NCBI GenBank assembly: GCA_026393175.1
Contig: JAPLAT010000213.1
Span: 1 to 54,420 of the forward strand
Reading direction: 5' to 3'
Length of the DNA stretch: 54,420 nucleotides
From: Pseudonocardiales bacterium
Lineage (GTDB): Bacteria; Actinomycetota; Actinomycetes; Mycobacteriales; Pseudonocardiaceae
Numbering within the stretch: position 1 is the first letter of the stretch; each line of letters starts with the position of its first letter. The position numbers were made by a program, and so were the translations under genes. A model generated the notes under the pieces. The model saw only the letters and a list, made by a program, of their open reading frames with translations, ran no database searches and was not told where the DNA came from. This document shows, piece after piece, positions 28,538 to 37,497 of this stretch.

Positions 28538-29818
28538 TCACCAGGCCGGGAGGACCAGGCGCGCGACGAGTCCGCCCCCGTCGCGGGCGGACAGGGTCAG
28601 CTTGCCCCCCATCGTCGCGGTCAGCTCGCTGACGATCCACAGCCCCAGGCCCGATGTGCCGCGTCGGTCCCCCATGCTGACGTACTTATGGGTGACCAGA
28701 CCCAGCTGGTCCTCCGACAGGCCCGGACCCCTGTCCCGGACCTCGACGACCAGATCCTTGCCCTGTCGGTCGAACTCCAGCTCCACCACCGCCGAGCCGC
28801 TGTGCCGTGCGGCGTTCTCGGCGAGGTTGCCGATCAGCCTGCGCAGTCGCTGAGGGTCCCCGTGCACCGTGAGGGCCGACGGCCGCACCACGATGGCCTG
28901 CCGCTCCGGTGGGAGTCCGGCCGCGGTGAGTGCGGCGACCGCCAGGTCGTGCGGCCGGATCATGCGGTTGCGGGCGGGTCCCAGCGCGGGGCCGTCGATG
29001 CGCGCGACGTCGGACACCCCGTCGAGCATCTCCTCGAGGTGCTCGACGTTCGCCCTGATGAGGTCGAGCGTGGGACTCGGTGCGTCCTGCGCCGCGGCTC
29101 GCGCGAGCGCGCCGAGCGACACGGCCGGCGCGCGGAACTCGTGCACGATCACCCGCAGACCGTCGAGGCGGGCCTGATGGGATTCCAGCAGCCGCCTGCG
29201 CAGGTCACGCTCCTCCACCAGCGCGTCGCGCTCGGCGATCGTCTCGGCCTGTGCTCGGGCCACGGCCCGGTACTGGCGGTCCAGGCGGCGGACGAATACC
29301 CCTGCCAACGCTGCCACGGCCGCAAGGTAGAAGGTCCACCACAGACCGGTCACGACGCGATCGACGGGGGGCACGGCCGGGGTGCTCCCGAGGACGCACG
29401 CCGCGGTGTACGCGGCGCCCACCAGCAGCGCGAAGGTCTCGCTGCGGCGGCGCTCGGTGCGCAGGCTGTTCGCGATGACGACCAGGGGCAGCACCGCGAC
29501 GGCCAGGCTCGACGCGCCGCCGGTGAGGCCGACGGCCAGCAGCGACAGCACCGCGTCGGTCCCCGAGACGATCACCGGACGGGGACCGGTGCGACCCACG
29601 ACGCGGGCCGCCGCGAGCAGCAGCGCGTAGAGCGCGGCGACGGCGACGAGGGCCAGGACGACGCCCAGCGGGGCCCGCCTGCTGACGTCGGTCTGCACGG
29701 CGAGCACGCCGAGGGACGCGACGACCCCGACCCGGATCGCCAGGACGATCAGGTCGTCCGGCCGGTCCCGGTCCGGCGGTGTCGGGCCCGGAACGGCGCC
29801 CGCGGGGTCAGCGGGCAT
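28538..29818 (-). CDS. Membrane sensor histidine kinase (HisKA + HATPase)
   Basis: N-terminal TM bundle, IVHEFRAP, NLAENAARH, DRGPG and GLGLWIV motifs. Confidence 0.9.
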   Translation of the reverse strand: MPADPAGAVPGPTPPDRDRPDDLIVLAIRVGVVASLGVLAVQTDVSRRAPLGVVLALVAVAALYALLLAAARVVGRTGPRPVIVSGTDAVLSLLAVGLTGGASSLAVAVLPLVVIANSLRTERRRSETFALLVGAAYTAACVLGSTPAVPPVDRVVTGLWWTFYLAAVAALAGVFVRRLDRQYRAVARAQAETIAERDALVEERDLRRRLLESHQARLDGLRVIVHEFRAPAVSLGALARAAAQDAPSPTLDLIRANVEHLEEMLDGVSDVARIDGPALGPARNRMIRPHDLAVAALTAAGLPPERQAIVVRPSALTVHGDPQRLRRLIGNLAENAARHSGSAVVELEFDRQGKDLVVEVRDRGPGLSEDQLGLVTHKYVSMGDRRGTSGLGLWIVSELTATMGGKLTLSARDGGGLVARLVLPAW

Positions 29819-30260
29819 CCGGCGCGGCGAGGAAGCGGTGCGCGCTCGGCAGGACGGAGGCCACCGCGGCGACGAGGACGAACACGGCGACGGCGTGCAG
29901 GCGGCCGTCCCAGGCGAGCACGACGCCGGTGACGATACCGAGCCCGACGAGGGCGAACCTGGCCCACCCGCGGCCGGCGAGCAGCGCGGCGGTCAACGCG
30001 ATGGTCGCGACCGCCGCGACGATCGCGATGGCGGGCGTGGAGGCGAGCGCGGGCGGCCCGCTGACGACGTCGGGGCCGAGCTGTCCGGCGATGCGGTCGG
30101 CCTCGGGTTCGCGGCGGTTGGCCGCCAGCGCGTCCGTCGCGGCATAGACGTCGACGACCACGACCCCCAGCCATGCGGTCGCGGCGAACCAGAGGCTGGC
30201 GGGGATGCCCCGGGTCGGTTGCTGGCGAGGCGGAACGGCCCCGCCGCTGGGCGATGTCAT
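29808..30260 (-). CDS. Small multi-TM membrane protein upstream of the kinase
   Basis: Four hydrophobic segments, GRGWAR loop. Overlaps the kinase start. Confidence 0.65.
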   Translation of the reverse strand: MTSPSGGAVPPRQQPTRGIPASLWFAATAWLGVVVVDVYAATDALAANRREPEADRIAGQLGPDVVSGPPALASTPAIAIVAAVATIALTAALLAGRGWARFALVGLGIVTGVVLAWDGRLHAVAVFVLVAAVASVLPSAHRFLAAPDAR

Positions 30261-30371
30261 GCTCAGAGGGTAGGGCCGCCGTCCCCGGACGGCACCGCCC
30301 GGCCCGGGGTCGGGCTGGCCCAGTCGGGCCATCGTTGGCGCGAGCGGCCCGATGACTCGCCGAGAGATCGT

Positions 30372-30387
30372 TGTGACGATGTGCACA
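30372..30387. promoter_or_regulatory. CRP/GlxR-like site
   Basis: TGTGA-cgatgt-GCACA versus consensus TGTGA-N6-TCACA. Confidence 0.5.
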
Positions 30388-30412
30388 GCATCTCGACGGT
30401 GAGGAGTTGTCG

Positions 30413-31519
30413 ATGAAGACGAAGGCAGCGGTGCTCTGGGGACTGGGCCAGAAGTGGGAGGTCGAGGAGATCGACCTCGAGCCGCCCGGCCCCGGTGAGG
30501 TCCTGGTCAAGCTGACCGCGAGCGGCCTGTGCCACTCCGACGAGCACCTCGTCACGGGCGACCTGCCGTTCCCGCTGCCCGTGGTGGGCGGCCACGAGGG
30601 CGCGGGCACGATCGTCGAGCTGGGGGCCGGGGTCGAGGACCTCGAGGTCGACGACCCGGTCGTGCTGACCTTCCTGCCGTCCTGCGGGCGTTGCTCCTAC
30701 TGTGCTCGGGGCATGACCAACCTCTGTGACCTGGGCGCGGCGGTGATGATGGGCCCGCAGCTCGACGGGGGCTACCGCTTCCACGCCCGTGGCGAGGACA
30801 TCGGGCAGATGTGCCTGCTCGGCACGTTCTCCGAGTACACCGTCGTGCCGGTCGCCTCGGTGGTGAAGGTCGACCAGGGCACGTCGCTGGACAAGGCCGC
30901 GCTCATCGGGTGCGGCGTCACCACCGGCTACGGGAGCGCGGTGCGCTCCGCCGAGGTGCGCGCCGGCGACACCGTGGTGGTGCTCGGGGCCGGTGGCATC
31001 GGCATGAACGCCATCCAGGGCGCGCGCATCGCGGGAGCCCGCTACATCGTCGCCGTCGACCCGGTGGAGTACAAGCGCCGGCGGGCCGTCGAGTTCGGGG
31101 CCACGCACGTCGCCGAGTCCGCCGACGCCGCCTGGGAGGTCGTCAGCGGCCTGACCCGCGGTCAGCTCGCCGACGCCTGCATCGTGACGACCGGTGTGGC
31201 CGAAGGGGCCGAGACCGGCTCGGCGCTGGCCCTGGTCGGCAAGCGCGGCCGGGTGGTCATCACGGCGATCGGTCACCCGGAGGAGTCGACGATCACCGCG
31301 TCGCTGCTGGAGATGACGCTCTACGAGAAGACGATCAAGGGGGCCCTCTACGGGTCGTCCAACGCCCAGCACGACATCCCACGCCTGCTGGAGCTCTACA
31401 ACACCGGACAGCTCAAGCTCGACGAGCTGATCACTCGCGAGTACCGGCTCGAAGAGATCAACCAGGGATACGACGACATGCGGGCCGGGCTGAACATCCG
31501 CGGCCTGATCCGCTACTGA
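30413..31519 (+). CDS. Zn-dependent NDMA-dependent-type (nicotinoprotein) alcohol dehydrogenase
   Basis: [17 protein letters not shown], CxxCxxC-x7-C structural Zn site, [10 protein letters not shown] and [12 protein letters not shown] motifs. Confidence 0.93.
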   Translation: MKTKAAVLWGLGQKWEVEEIDLEPPGPGEVLVKLTASGLCHSDEHLVTGDLPFPLPVVGGHEGAGTIVELGAGVEDLEVDDPVVLTFLPSCGRCSYCARGMTNLCDLGAAVMMGPQLDGGYRFHARGEDIGQMCLLGTFSEYTVVPVASVVKVDQGTSLDKAALIGCGVTTGYGSAVRSAEVRAGDTVVVLGAGGIGMNAIQGARIAGARYIVAVDPVEYKRRRAVEFGATHVAESADAAWEVVSGLTRGQLADACIVTTGVAEGAETGSALALVGKRGRVVITAIGHPEESTITASLLEMTLYEKTIKGALYGSSNAQHDIPRLLELYNTGQLKLDELITREYRLEEINQGYDDMRAGLNIRGLIRY

Positions 31520-31563
31520 CCATCGACACCGAACCCGCCCGACCCACCCGAAGGAGACCGGAG

Positions 31564-32577
31564 ATGGCCATCGACCGGATCATCGAGCACAACAAGCGCA
31601 ACGGCTGGGGCAGCCTGTCCCACAACGGCCTGCGCATGGAGTCGTTCTCGATGCGGCTGTTCCGCAAGGGCAACAAGAAGTTCTGGAATCCCGAGGACAT
31701 CGACTTCTCCCGGGACCGGGCCGACTTCGAGGCGATGACCGAGGACGAGCAGCGGATGACGCTGGTGCTGGCCTCGCAGTTCATGGCCGGTGAGGAGTCC
31801 GTCACCCAGGACATGCAGCCCTTCGCCCACGCGATGGCGGCCGAGGGCCGGCTCGCCGACGAGGCCTACATCACGCAGTTCGTCTTCGAGGAGGCCAAGC
31901 ACATGCAGGCCTTCCGGTTGTGGTTCGACGCCATCGGTCAGAGCGCCGATCTGCACAACCACGTCGAGTACAGCCCTGCCTACGACACGATCTTCAAGCA
32001 GGAGCTGCCGAAGTCGATGTTCGCCCTCATGGAGGACCCGACGCCGGCGAACCAGATCCGGGCGTCGGTGACCTACAACCACGTCGTCGAGGGCACACTC
32101 GCGCTCACCGGCTACTACGCCTGGGCCAAGGTGTGTGCGAGCCGCGACATCCTTCCCGGCATGCAGCGCCTCGTGAAGCTCATCGGCGACGACGAGCGCC
32201 GCCACATGGCGTGGGGGACGTTCACCTGTCGCCGCCACGTCGCCGCCGACGACCGCAACTGGGACGTCGTCGACGAGCGCATGCAGGAGCTCCTGCCGCC
32301 CGCGCTGCAGCTCATCGTCGCCCTCTTCGACCAGTACGAGAGCGAGGGCAAGCCCGCGCCGTTCGGTATCTCGATCGACGAGATGAGCGACTACGCGCTG
32401 GACAAGGTGAACCGCCGGATGGAGTCCATCGAGAGCGCTCGCGGACGCGACGTCTTCGACATCGACGAGGACTACTCGCCGATGGAGATGGAGGATCGCT
32501 TCGGCGACGAGGACGAGCGCCAGATCAAGGCCACGCTGGTCGGCGCGAGCGCCTCGGCGCGGCGTGTGTCGACGTGA
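31564..32577 (+). CDS. R2-like ligand-binding oxidase (R2lox, Mn/Fe ferritin-like)
   Basis: [26 protein letters not shown] and [10 protein letters not shown] give all metal ligands plus the Val/Tyr cross-link residues. AAGGAG RBS. Confidence 0.93.
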   Translation: MAIDRIIEHNKRNGWGSLSHNGLRMESFSMRLFRKGNKKFWNPEDIDFSRDRADFEAMTEDEQRMTLVLASQFMAGEESVTQDMQPFAHAMAAEGRLADEAYITQFVFEEAKHMQAFRLWFDAIGQSADLHNHVEYSPAYDTIFKQELPKSMFALMEDPTPANQIRASVTYNHVVEGTLALTGYYAWAKVCASRDILPGMQRLVKLIGDDERRHMAWGTFTCRRHVAADDRNWDVVDERMQELLPPALQLIVALFDQYESEGKPAPFGISIDEMSDYALDKVNRRMESIESARGRDVFDIDEDYSPMEMEDRFGDEDERQIKATLVGASASARRVST

Positions 32578-32855
32578 TGGACAAGTCGTGCATCGAGGAG
32601 TGCCCGGTCGACTGCATCTACGAGGGCGGTCGGATGATGTACATCCATCCCACCGAGTGCATCGACTGTGCGGCCTGCGAGCCGGTGTGTCCCGTCGAGG
32701 CGATCGTCCCGGCGCAGAAGGTCACCGCCGAGTGGAAGCCGTTCCAGGAGTCGGCCAGGTCCCTGTTCGCGGAGGTCGGGTCGCCCGGTGGATCGGCCAA
32801 CGTGGACGTGCTGGCCGACACCAGCTTCGTCGCCGGGTTCGAGAAGGACGACTGA
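32577..32855 (+). CDS. 7Fe-type ferredoxin (FdxA-like) lacking its normal N-terminal start
   Basis: DKSCIEECPVDCIYEG and CIDCAACEPVCP. The conserved GAACVDV lies in frame upstream of the only available start. Confidence 0.85.
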   Translation: MDKSCIEECPVDCIYEGGRMMYIHPTECIDCAACEPVCPVEAIVPAQKVTAEWKPFQESARSLFAEVGSPGGSANVDVLADTSFVAGFEKDD

Positions 32856-32877
32856 CCTGCCGGAAGGACGCTTCACC

Positions 32878-33870
32878 ATGCCCGACGACATCGACGTCGA
32901 CCTGCTGCTGATCGGGGCCGGCCCGGCCGGCTTGTACGGGGCCTACTACGCCGGATTCCGCGGGCTGCGCACCGCCGTTCTCGACGCCCAGCCGCAGCTC
33001 GGTGGCCAGATCAGCGCGATCTACCCGGAGAAGAACATCTACGACGTCGCGGGTCTGCCCGCCGTGCGGGGCCAACAGTTGGTCGATGGTCTGGTGAGCC
33101 AGGCCGCGCAGTTCGACCCGACCTACGTGCTGGGTGAGCAGGCGGTGGAGCTGGAGCGCTCCGGGCAGCGGTGGACCGTCCGCACGGCCACCGGACGGCG
33201 GATCCGTGCCGGGGCCATCGTGATCACCAGTGGGGTCGGCACGGTGACCCCGCGGCCACTTCCGTGCCCGGCGGAGAATTTCCTCGACCGGGGGCTGTGC
33301 TACTTCGTACCGCGCCTCGACGTGCTCGACGGCAAGGACGTGGTGGTCGTGGGTGGCGGGGACTCCGCCGTCGACTGGGCGCTCGCCGCCCTGCCCCGCG
33401 CCACCTCGGTCACGCTGGTCCACCGCCGGCAGCAGTTCCGGGCCCACGAGCACTCCGTTCGGCTGCTCCAGGACAGCGCCTGCCGGCTGGTGCTCGACGC
33501 CGCGGTCGACGCCGTGCACGGCAACGGCCACGTCGAGGGGGTCGAGGTGCGGGTGAAGGGCGCCGAGTCGCAGGTGCTCCCGGCGCAGGTCGTGGTCGCG
33601 GCGCTGGGCTTCCTGATGAACCTCGGCCCGATCAAGGACTGGGGTCTGGAGCTGGACGGCCGCTCCATCCGCGTCGACACCGCCATGCGCACCAACCTGG
33701 ACGGGATCTACGCCGCCGGCGACGTCACCACCTACCCCGGCAAGGTCAAGCTGATCTCCGTCGGCTTCGGGGAGGTCGCCACGGCGGTCAACAACGCCGC
33801 GGTCGCCCTCGATCCCGACGCCTCCCTCGCCCCCGGCCACTCCAGCGACGCCGCTCCCGCGGCGGTCTGA
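32878..33870 (+). CDS. Thioredoxin-reductase-fold ferredoxin-NADP+ reductase
   Basis: GAGPAG, YPEKNIYDVAG, GGGDSAVDWA, HRRQQFRAHE and YPGKVKLISVGFGE motifs. No CxxC. Confidence 0.92.
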   Translation: MPDDIDVDLLLIGAGPAGLYGAYYAGFRGLRTAVLDAQPQLGGQISAIYPEKNIYDVAGLPAVRGQQLVDGLVSQAAQFDPTYVLGEQAVELERSGQRWTVRTATGRRIRAGAIVITSGVGTVTPRPLPCPAENFLDRGLCYFVPRLDVLDGKDVVVVGGGDSAVDWALAALPRATSVTLVHRRQQFRAHEHSVRLLQDSACRLVLDAAVDAVHGNGHVEGVEVRVKGAESQVLPAQVVVAALGFLMNLGPIKDWGLELDGRSIRVDTAMRTNLDGIYAAGDVTTYPGKVKLISVGFGEVATAVNNAAVALDPDASLAPGHSSDAAPAAV

Positions 33871-34072
33871 CCGGCAGATCAGACCTTTCCGGCCGATCTG
33901 GGCCGGGCCGGATCCATCGGTAGCTGCCGGCCTGCTCGGTCGCGAGTCCGGCAACGGTCCTTCCGTCTTGCGGCGCCCACACGGCTGGGTCCGCCGTTGC
34001 TACCGAGGCCGTGGTGGGTCGCGACGCCGACGCGGGCCCCAGGCGCTGAGGCGCCGCTGACGGCGCGACCCC

Positions 34073-34678
34073 CTACATGGCCGCGCCGGTCTCCGGATCC
34101 TGGCCGAGGAAGCGTGTCACCACGGTCGCGATCTGCTCGGCCACCGTCGACGCGTCGTGCAGGGGGGTGACGATGTGGCTGATGGCGAGCCGGGTGGCCA
34201 CCTCGGACGCGGTGGCGACGTCGCGCGGGTCCAGATCGGGCCAGCGTCGCAGCAGGAAGGTGCTCGCCCGGTTGCCCGCCGCCTGCACGACCGGCTCGCT
34301 CTGCGTGGTGAGCAGGGGGAGGAGCTCCTCGCTGCCGTGGCCGGTCAGGATGGCGCGGAGCAGGGGATCGTCGCCGGCCCGGCGGACGGTCATCCGTATG
34401 GCCGCGACCCAGGCCGTGTAGAGATCCCGCTCGCCGCCGAGGGCCACCTCCACACTGTCGAGGAACTGCTCGGTCAGCCGGAGGACCAGGGCTCCGGCCA
34501 GGCCCTGTTTGCTGGAGAACTCGTTGTAGAGGGTCTGCCTGCTGATCCCGACCCGGTCGGCGACGTCCTGCAACCGCAGGCCCCGCCATCCACCCGTGAC
34601 GAGGAGACGAGCCGCGACGTCGAGGGCCTCGTCACGCATGAGCCGGTGGGTCCGCTCGGCGAGGGAACGGGTGACCAT
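34073..34678 (-). CDS. TetR-family regulator, AlkX/Rv3249c-like (copy 2)
   Basis: ISRQTLYNEFSSKQGL; clearly paralogous to the 4969-5547 gene. Start ATG34678. Confidence 0.9.
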   Translation of the reverse strand: MVTRSLAERTHRLMRDEALDVAARLLVTGGWRGLRLQDVADRVGISRQTLYNEFSSKQGLAGALVLRLTEQFLDSVEVALGGERDLYTAWVAAIRMTVRRAGDDPLLRAILTGHGSEELLPLLTTQSEPVVQAAGNRASTFLLRRWPDLDPRDVATASEVATRLAISHIVTPLHDASTVAEQIATVVTRFLGQDPETGAAM

Positions 34679-34714
34679 GCACGGAGTCTCGACGCCAGAG
34701 CCCGCTGAGTCAAG

Positions 34715-34747
34715 AAGCTGGACACGTATCTCTTCTGTGTCTAGCTT
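34715..34747 (+). promoter_or_regulatory. P450 operon promoter with an overlapping palindromic operator
   Basis: AAGCTGGACAC-N11-GTGTCTAGCTT (10 of 11 inverted match), containing TGGACA-17 bp-TAGCTT. Confidence 0.75.
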
Positions 34748-34775
34748 GGTGTCATCCATTCCTCCGGAGGTGCTC

Positions 34776-36224
34776 ATGGTTGCGCAGATGGTCCGGGCGG
34801 CTCGCGAGCGGTGGTCCACGGTGTTCCTGGCGCCGCTGCCGGCTTCCGCCGATGCCGCGCTGCTGCGCGGTGCGGTCCGGGGTCGCCCGGTCGATCTCGC
34901 GACCGCGCCGCCCGGCCTGGCGGCCGTTCCGGGTGACCAGGGGCTGCCGGTGCTCGGCCGCACGCTCGAGTACATCCGGTTCGGAAGCGACTTCACCCGT
35001 GCCCGGCACGCCCGCTACGGGCCGGTGTCCTGGGCCGGCTTCCTGGGCGAACGCGTGGTGATGGCCGCCGGTCCGGACGCCACCAGGGCGGTGCTGACCA
35101 ACGCCGACAAGGCCTACTCCCAGGACGGGTGGCGCTACCTGATCGACCGGTTCTTCGGGCGCGGTCTGATGCTGCTCGACTTCGACGAGCACCGCGCCCA
35201 CCGCCGCGTCATGCAACAGGCCTTCACGGCCGACCGGCTCGCCGGCTACCTCGACCAGACGGTCCCGTGCGCCCGCGACACCGTGCCGACCTGGCCCACC
35301 GACCGGCCGGTCCGGATCTACCCCGAGCTCAAGCGCCTGACCCTCGACGTCGCGACCAGGGTCTTCATGGACGAGCGCACGGGCCCGGAGACCGAGCGGA
35401 TCAATCGGGCCTTCGTCGACTGCGTGCGCGCGGCGAGCGCGCTGGTGAGGTGGGACGTCCCCGGCACCCGCTGGCGCGCGGGGCTGCGTGGCCGGGCGGT
35501 CCTGGAGGGCTACTTCGCGCAGAACCTGCCGGCCAAGCGCGCGAAGCCGGGGCAGGACCTGTTCTCCGCGCTGTGCGAGGCCCGTACCCCGGACGGGGAG
35601 GCCTTCAGCGACGCCGACGTCATCAATCACATGATCTTCCTGATGATGGCGGCGCACGACACCTCCACGATCACCTGCGCCGCCGCGGCGTACTACCTCG
35701 CGGCGAACCCGCAGTGGCAGGAACGGGCGCGCGAGGAGTCGCTCGCCCATGGAGACGCACCACTGGACATGGCCGCGTCGAGGACCCTGCGCTCGCTCGA
35801 CCTGGTGGTCAAGGAGTCGCTGCGGCTCGTCGCCCCCGTCCCGGTCGTCATGCGCCGCACGGTCGCGGACACCGCCCTGCTGGGCCACCACATCCCCCGG
35901 GGCACGCTGGTCGTGGTCGCCGGCGCGGTCAACCATTTCGACCCCGGCTGCTGGACCGATCCCGACACCTTCGACCCGGACCGGTTCGCCGAGCCCCGCA
36001 ACGAGGACCGGTCGCATCGCGACGCCTGGATCCCGTTCGGGGGAGGCGTGCACAAGTGCATCGGGATGGCGTTTGGCACCTTGGAGGTCACCGCGATCCT
36101 GCACGAGATGCTGCGGACCTATCGGTGGAGCGTCGAGCCGGGGTACCGGCCCCGCTGGGACAACACGTCGCTGCCCGTGCCGGCCGACGGGCTCCCGTTG
36201 CGCCTGACCCGGCTCACCGCGTGA
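34776..36224 (+). CDS. Cytochrome P450 (CYP136-like)
   Basis: HMIFLMMAAHDTST, ESLR and PFGGGVHKCIG motifs. GGAGG RBS before ATG34776. Confidence 0.93.
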   Translation: MVAQMVRAARERWSTVFLAPLPASADAALLRGAVRGRPVDLATAPPGLAAVPGDQGLPVLGRTLEYIRFGSDFTRARHARYGPVSWAGFLGERVVMAAGPDATRAVLTNADKAYSQDGWRYLIDRFFGRGLMLLDFDEHRAHRRVMQQAFTADRLAGYLDQTVPCARDTVPTWPTDRPVRIYPELKRLTLDVATRVFMDERTGPETERINRAFVDCVRAASALVRWDVPGTRWRAGLRGRAVLEGYFAQNLPAKRAKPGQDLFSALCEARTPDGEAFSDADVINHMIFLMMAAHDTSTITCAAAAYYLAANPQWQERAREESLAHGDAPLDMAASRTLRSLDLVVKESLRLVAPVPVVMRRTVADTALLGHHIPRGTLVVVAGAVNHFDPGCWTDPDTFDPDRFAEPRNEDRSHRDAWIPFGGGVHKCIGMAFGTLEVTAILHEMLRTYRWSVEPGYRPRWDNTSLPVPADGLPLRLTRLTA

Positions 36225-37465
36225 TCGCACAGGGGCTCGCGGGGGCCGACCCGGACGCGGAGCAGGTGCTCGTGGAGGTACTGCTCACCGACCACGGGGC
36301 GCCCGGACCGTACGCCGGGTACCGGCGCCTGCGCGAACAGGCACCGCGCCTGCGGACCGCCGCCGGCCTGCTCGTGCTCAGCGGGTACCGCGACTGCGAG
36401 GCGGCGCTGCGCGACCGCGCGCTGGGCAAGGTGGACGAGTCGCTGGGCTTCCAGCTCGCCGCCGTTCCCGAGGACCTGCGTCGGCAGGCCCTGCGCCGGT
36501 TCCGCCGGACCATGCTGTTCCGCAACCCGCCCGACCACACCCGGCTGCGGCGGCTGGTGTCGTCGGTGTTCACCCCCCGGCACGTCGAGGCGCTGCGCCC
36601 AGCGGTCGTGCGGCGGATCGCCGCGCTGCTCGACGGGTTCGCCGGTCGCGACGTGGTCGACGTCGTCACCGAACTGGCCCTGCCGTTGCCGGTCGGGGTG
36701 ATCGGCGACCTGCTGGGTGTCCCGGACGTCGACCTCGCGGTCGCCGCGCCGTGGGTGCGGGACCTGGTCGCCCCGCTGGAGCCCAGCGCGAACGTCGCTG
36801 CGGTGGAGGCCGCGGTCCGCGCCGAGGACCAGCTCGCCGCCTACGTCGGCGACCTGCTCGTCGAGAAGCGACGACGTCCGGGCGACGACCTGCTCAGCCG
36901 GCTCGCCACCGCGCGCGGCGAGGACCAGCTCGACGACGACGAGTGCGTCGGAACCGCGATCCTCCTGTTCGCGGCGGGCTTCGAGACCACGACGAACCTG
37001 ATCGGCAACGGGCTGACGGCCTTGCTCGCGGCGCCGGGGCAGGCCGACCTGCTGCGTGAGCGTCCCGGCCTGGCCGGGTCCGCCGTGGAGGAACTGCTGC
37101 GGTTCGACGCCCCGGTGCAGACCGACGGCCGGACGGCGTTGGTCGACACCGTGGTCGCCGACATCGAGGTCGCGGCAGGCCAGGTCGTCCTGATGCTGCT
37201 CGGCGCCGGCAACCGTGACCCGGAGGTCTACACCGATCCGGACTCCCTGGACATCACCCGCCGTCAGGCCGCGCCCCTCTCGCTCGGCGGTGGCCTGCAC
37301 TTCTGCCTGGGTGCACCGCTGGCCCGGCTGGAGGCGGTCGAGCTGTTCCCCCGCCTGCTGGCCCGGTTCCCCGAGCTGGCCGCCGCCGGCCCGGAGACCT
37401 GGCGACCCGGCCTGTCGTTCCGCGGTCTCGCCCACCTTCCCGTCGCGCCGGGCCGCCCGGCCTGA
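36221..37465 (+). CDS. Cytochrome P450 (second, different family)
   Basis: NPPDHTRLR, AGFETT, EELLR and LGGGLHFCLG motifs. GTGA overlap with the first P450. Confidence 0.92.
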   Translation: MIAQGLAGADPDAEQVLVEVLLTDHGAPGPYAGYRRLREQAPRLRTAAGLLVLSGYRDCEAALRDRALGKVDESLGFQLAAVPEDLRRQALRRFRRTMLFRNPPDHTRLRRLVSSVFTPRHVEALRPAVVRRIAALLDGFAGRDVVDVVTELALPLPVGVIGDLLGVPDVDLAVAAPWVRDLVAPLEPSANVAAVEAAVRAEDQLAAYVGDLLVEKRRRPGDDLLSRLATARGEDQLDDDECVGTAILLFAAGFETTTNLIGNGLTALLAAPGQADLLRERPGLAGSAVEELLRFDAPVQTDGRTALVDTVVADIEVAAGQVVLMLLGAGNRDPEVYTDPDSLDITRRQAAPLSLGGGLHFCLGAPLARLEAVELFPRLLARFPELAAAGPETWRPGLSFRGLAHLPVAPGRPA

Positions 37466-37497
37466 CGTTTTGATCCATCCCCCTTTCCGGAGGAACC

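Noticed and set aside
31564-32577. Ribonucleotide reductase small subunit (nrdB/nrdF)
   Set aside because: The motifs and Val/Tyr cross-link positions match R2lox, and there is no large subunit, nrdH or nrdI nearby.
32878-33870. Thioredoxin reductase
   Set aside because: It lacks the redox CxxC and has ferredoxin-reductase motifs; a ferredoxin gene is adjacent.
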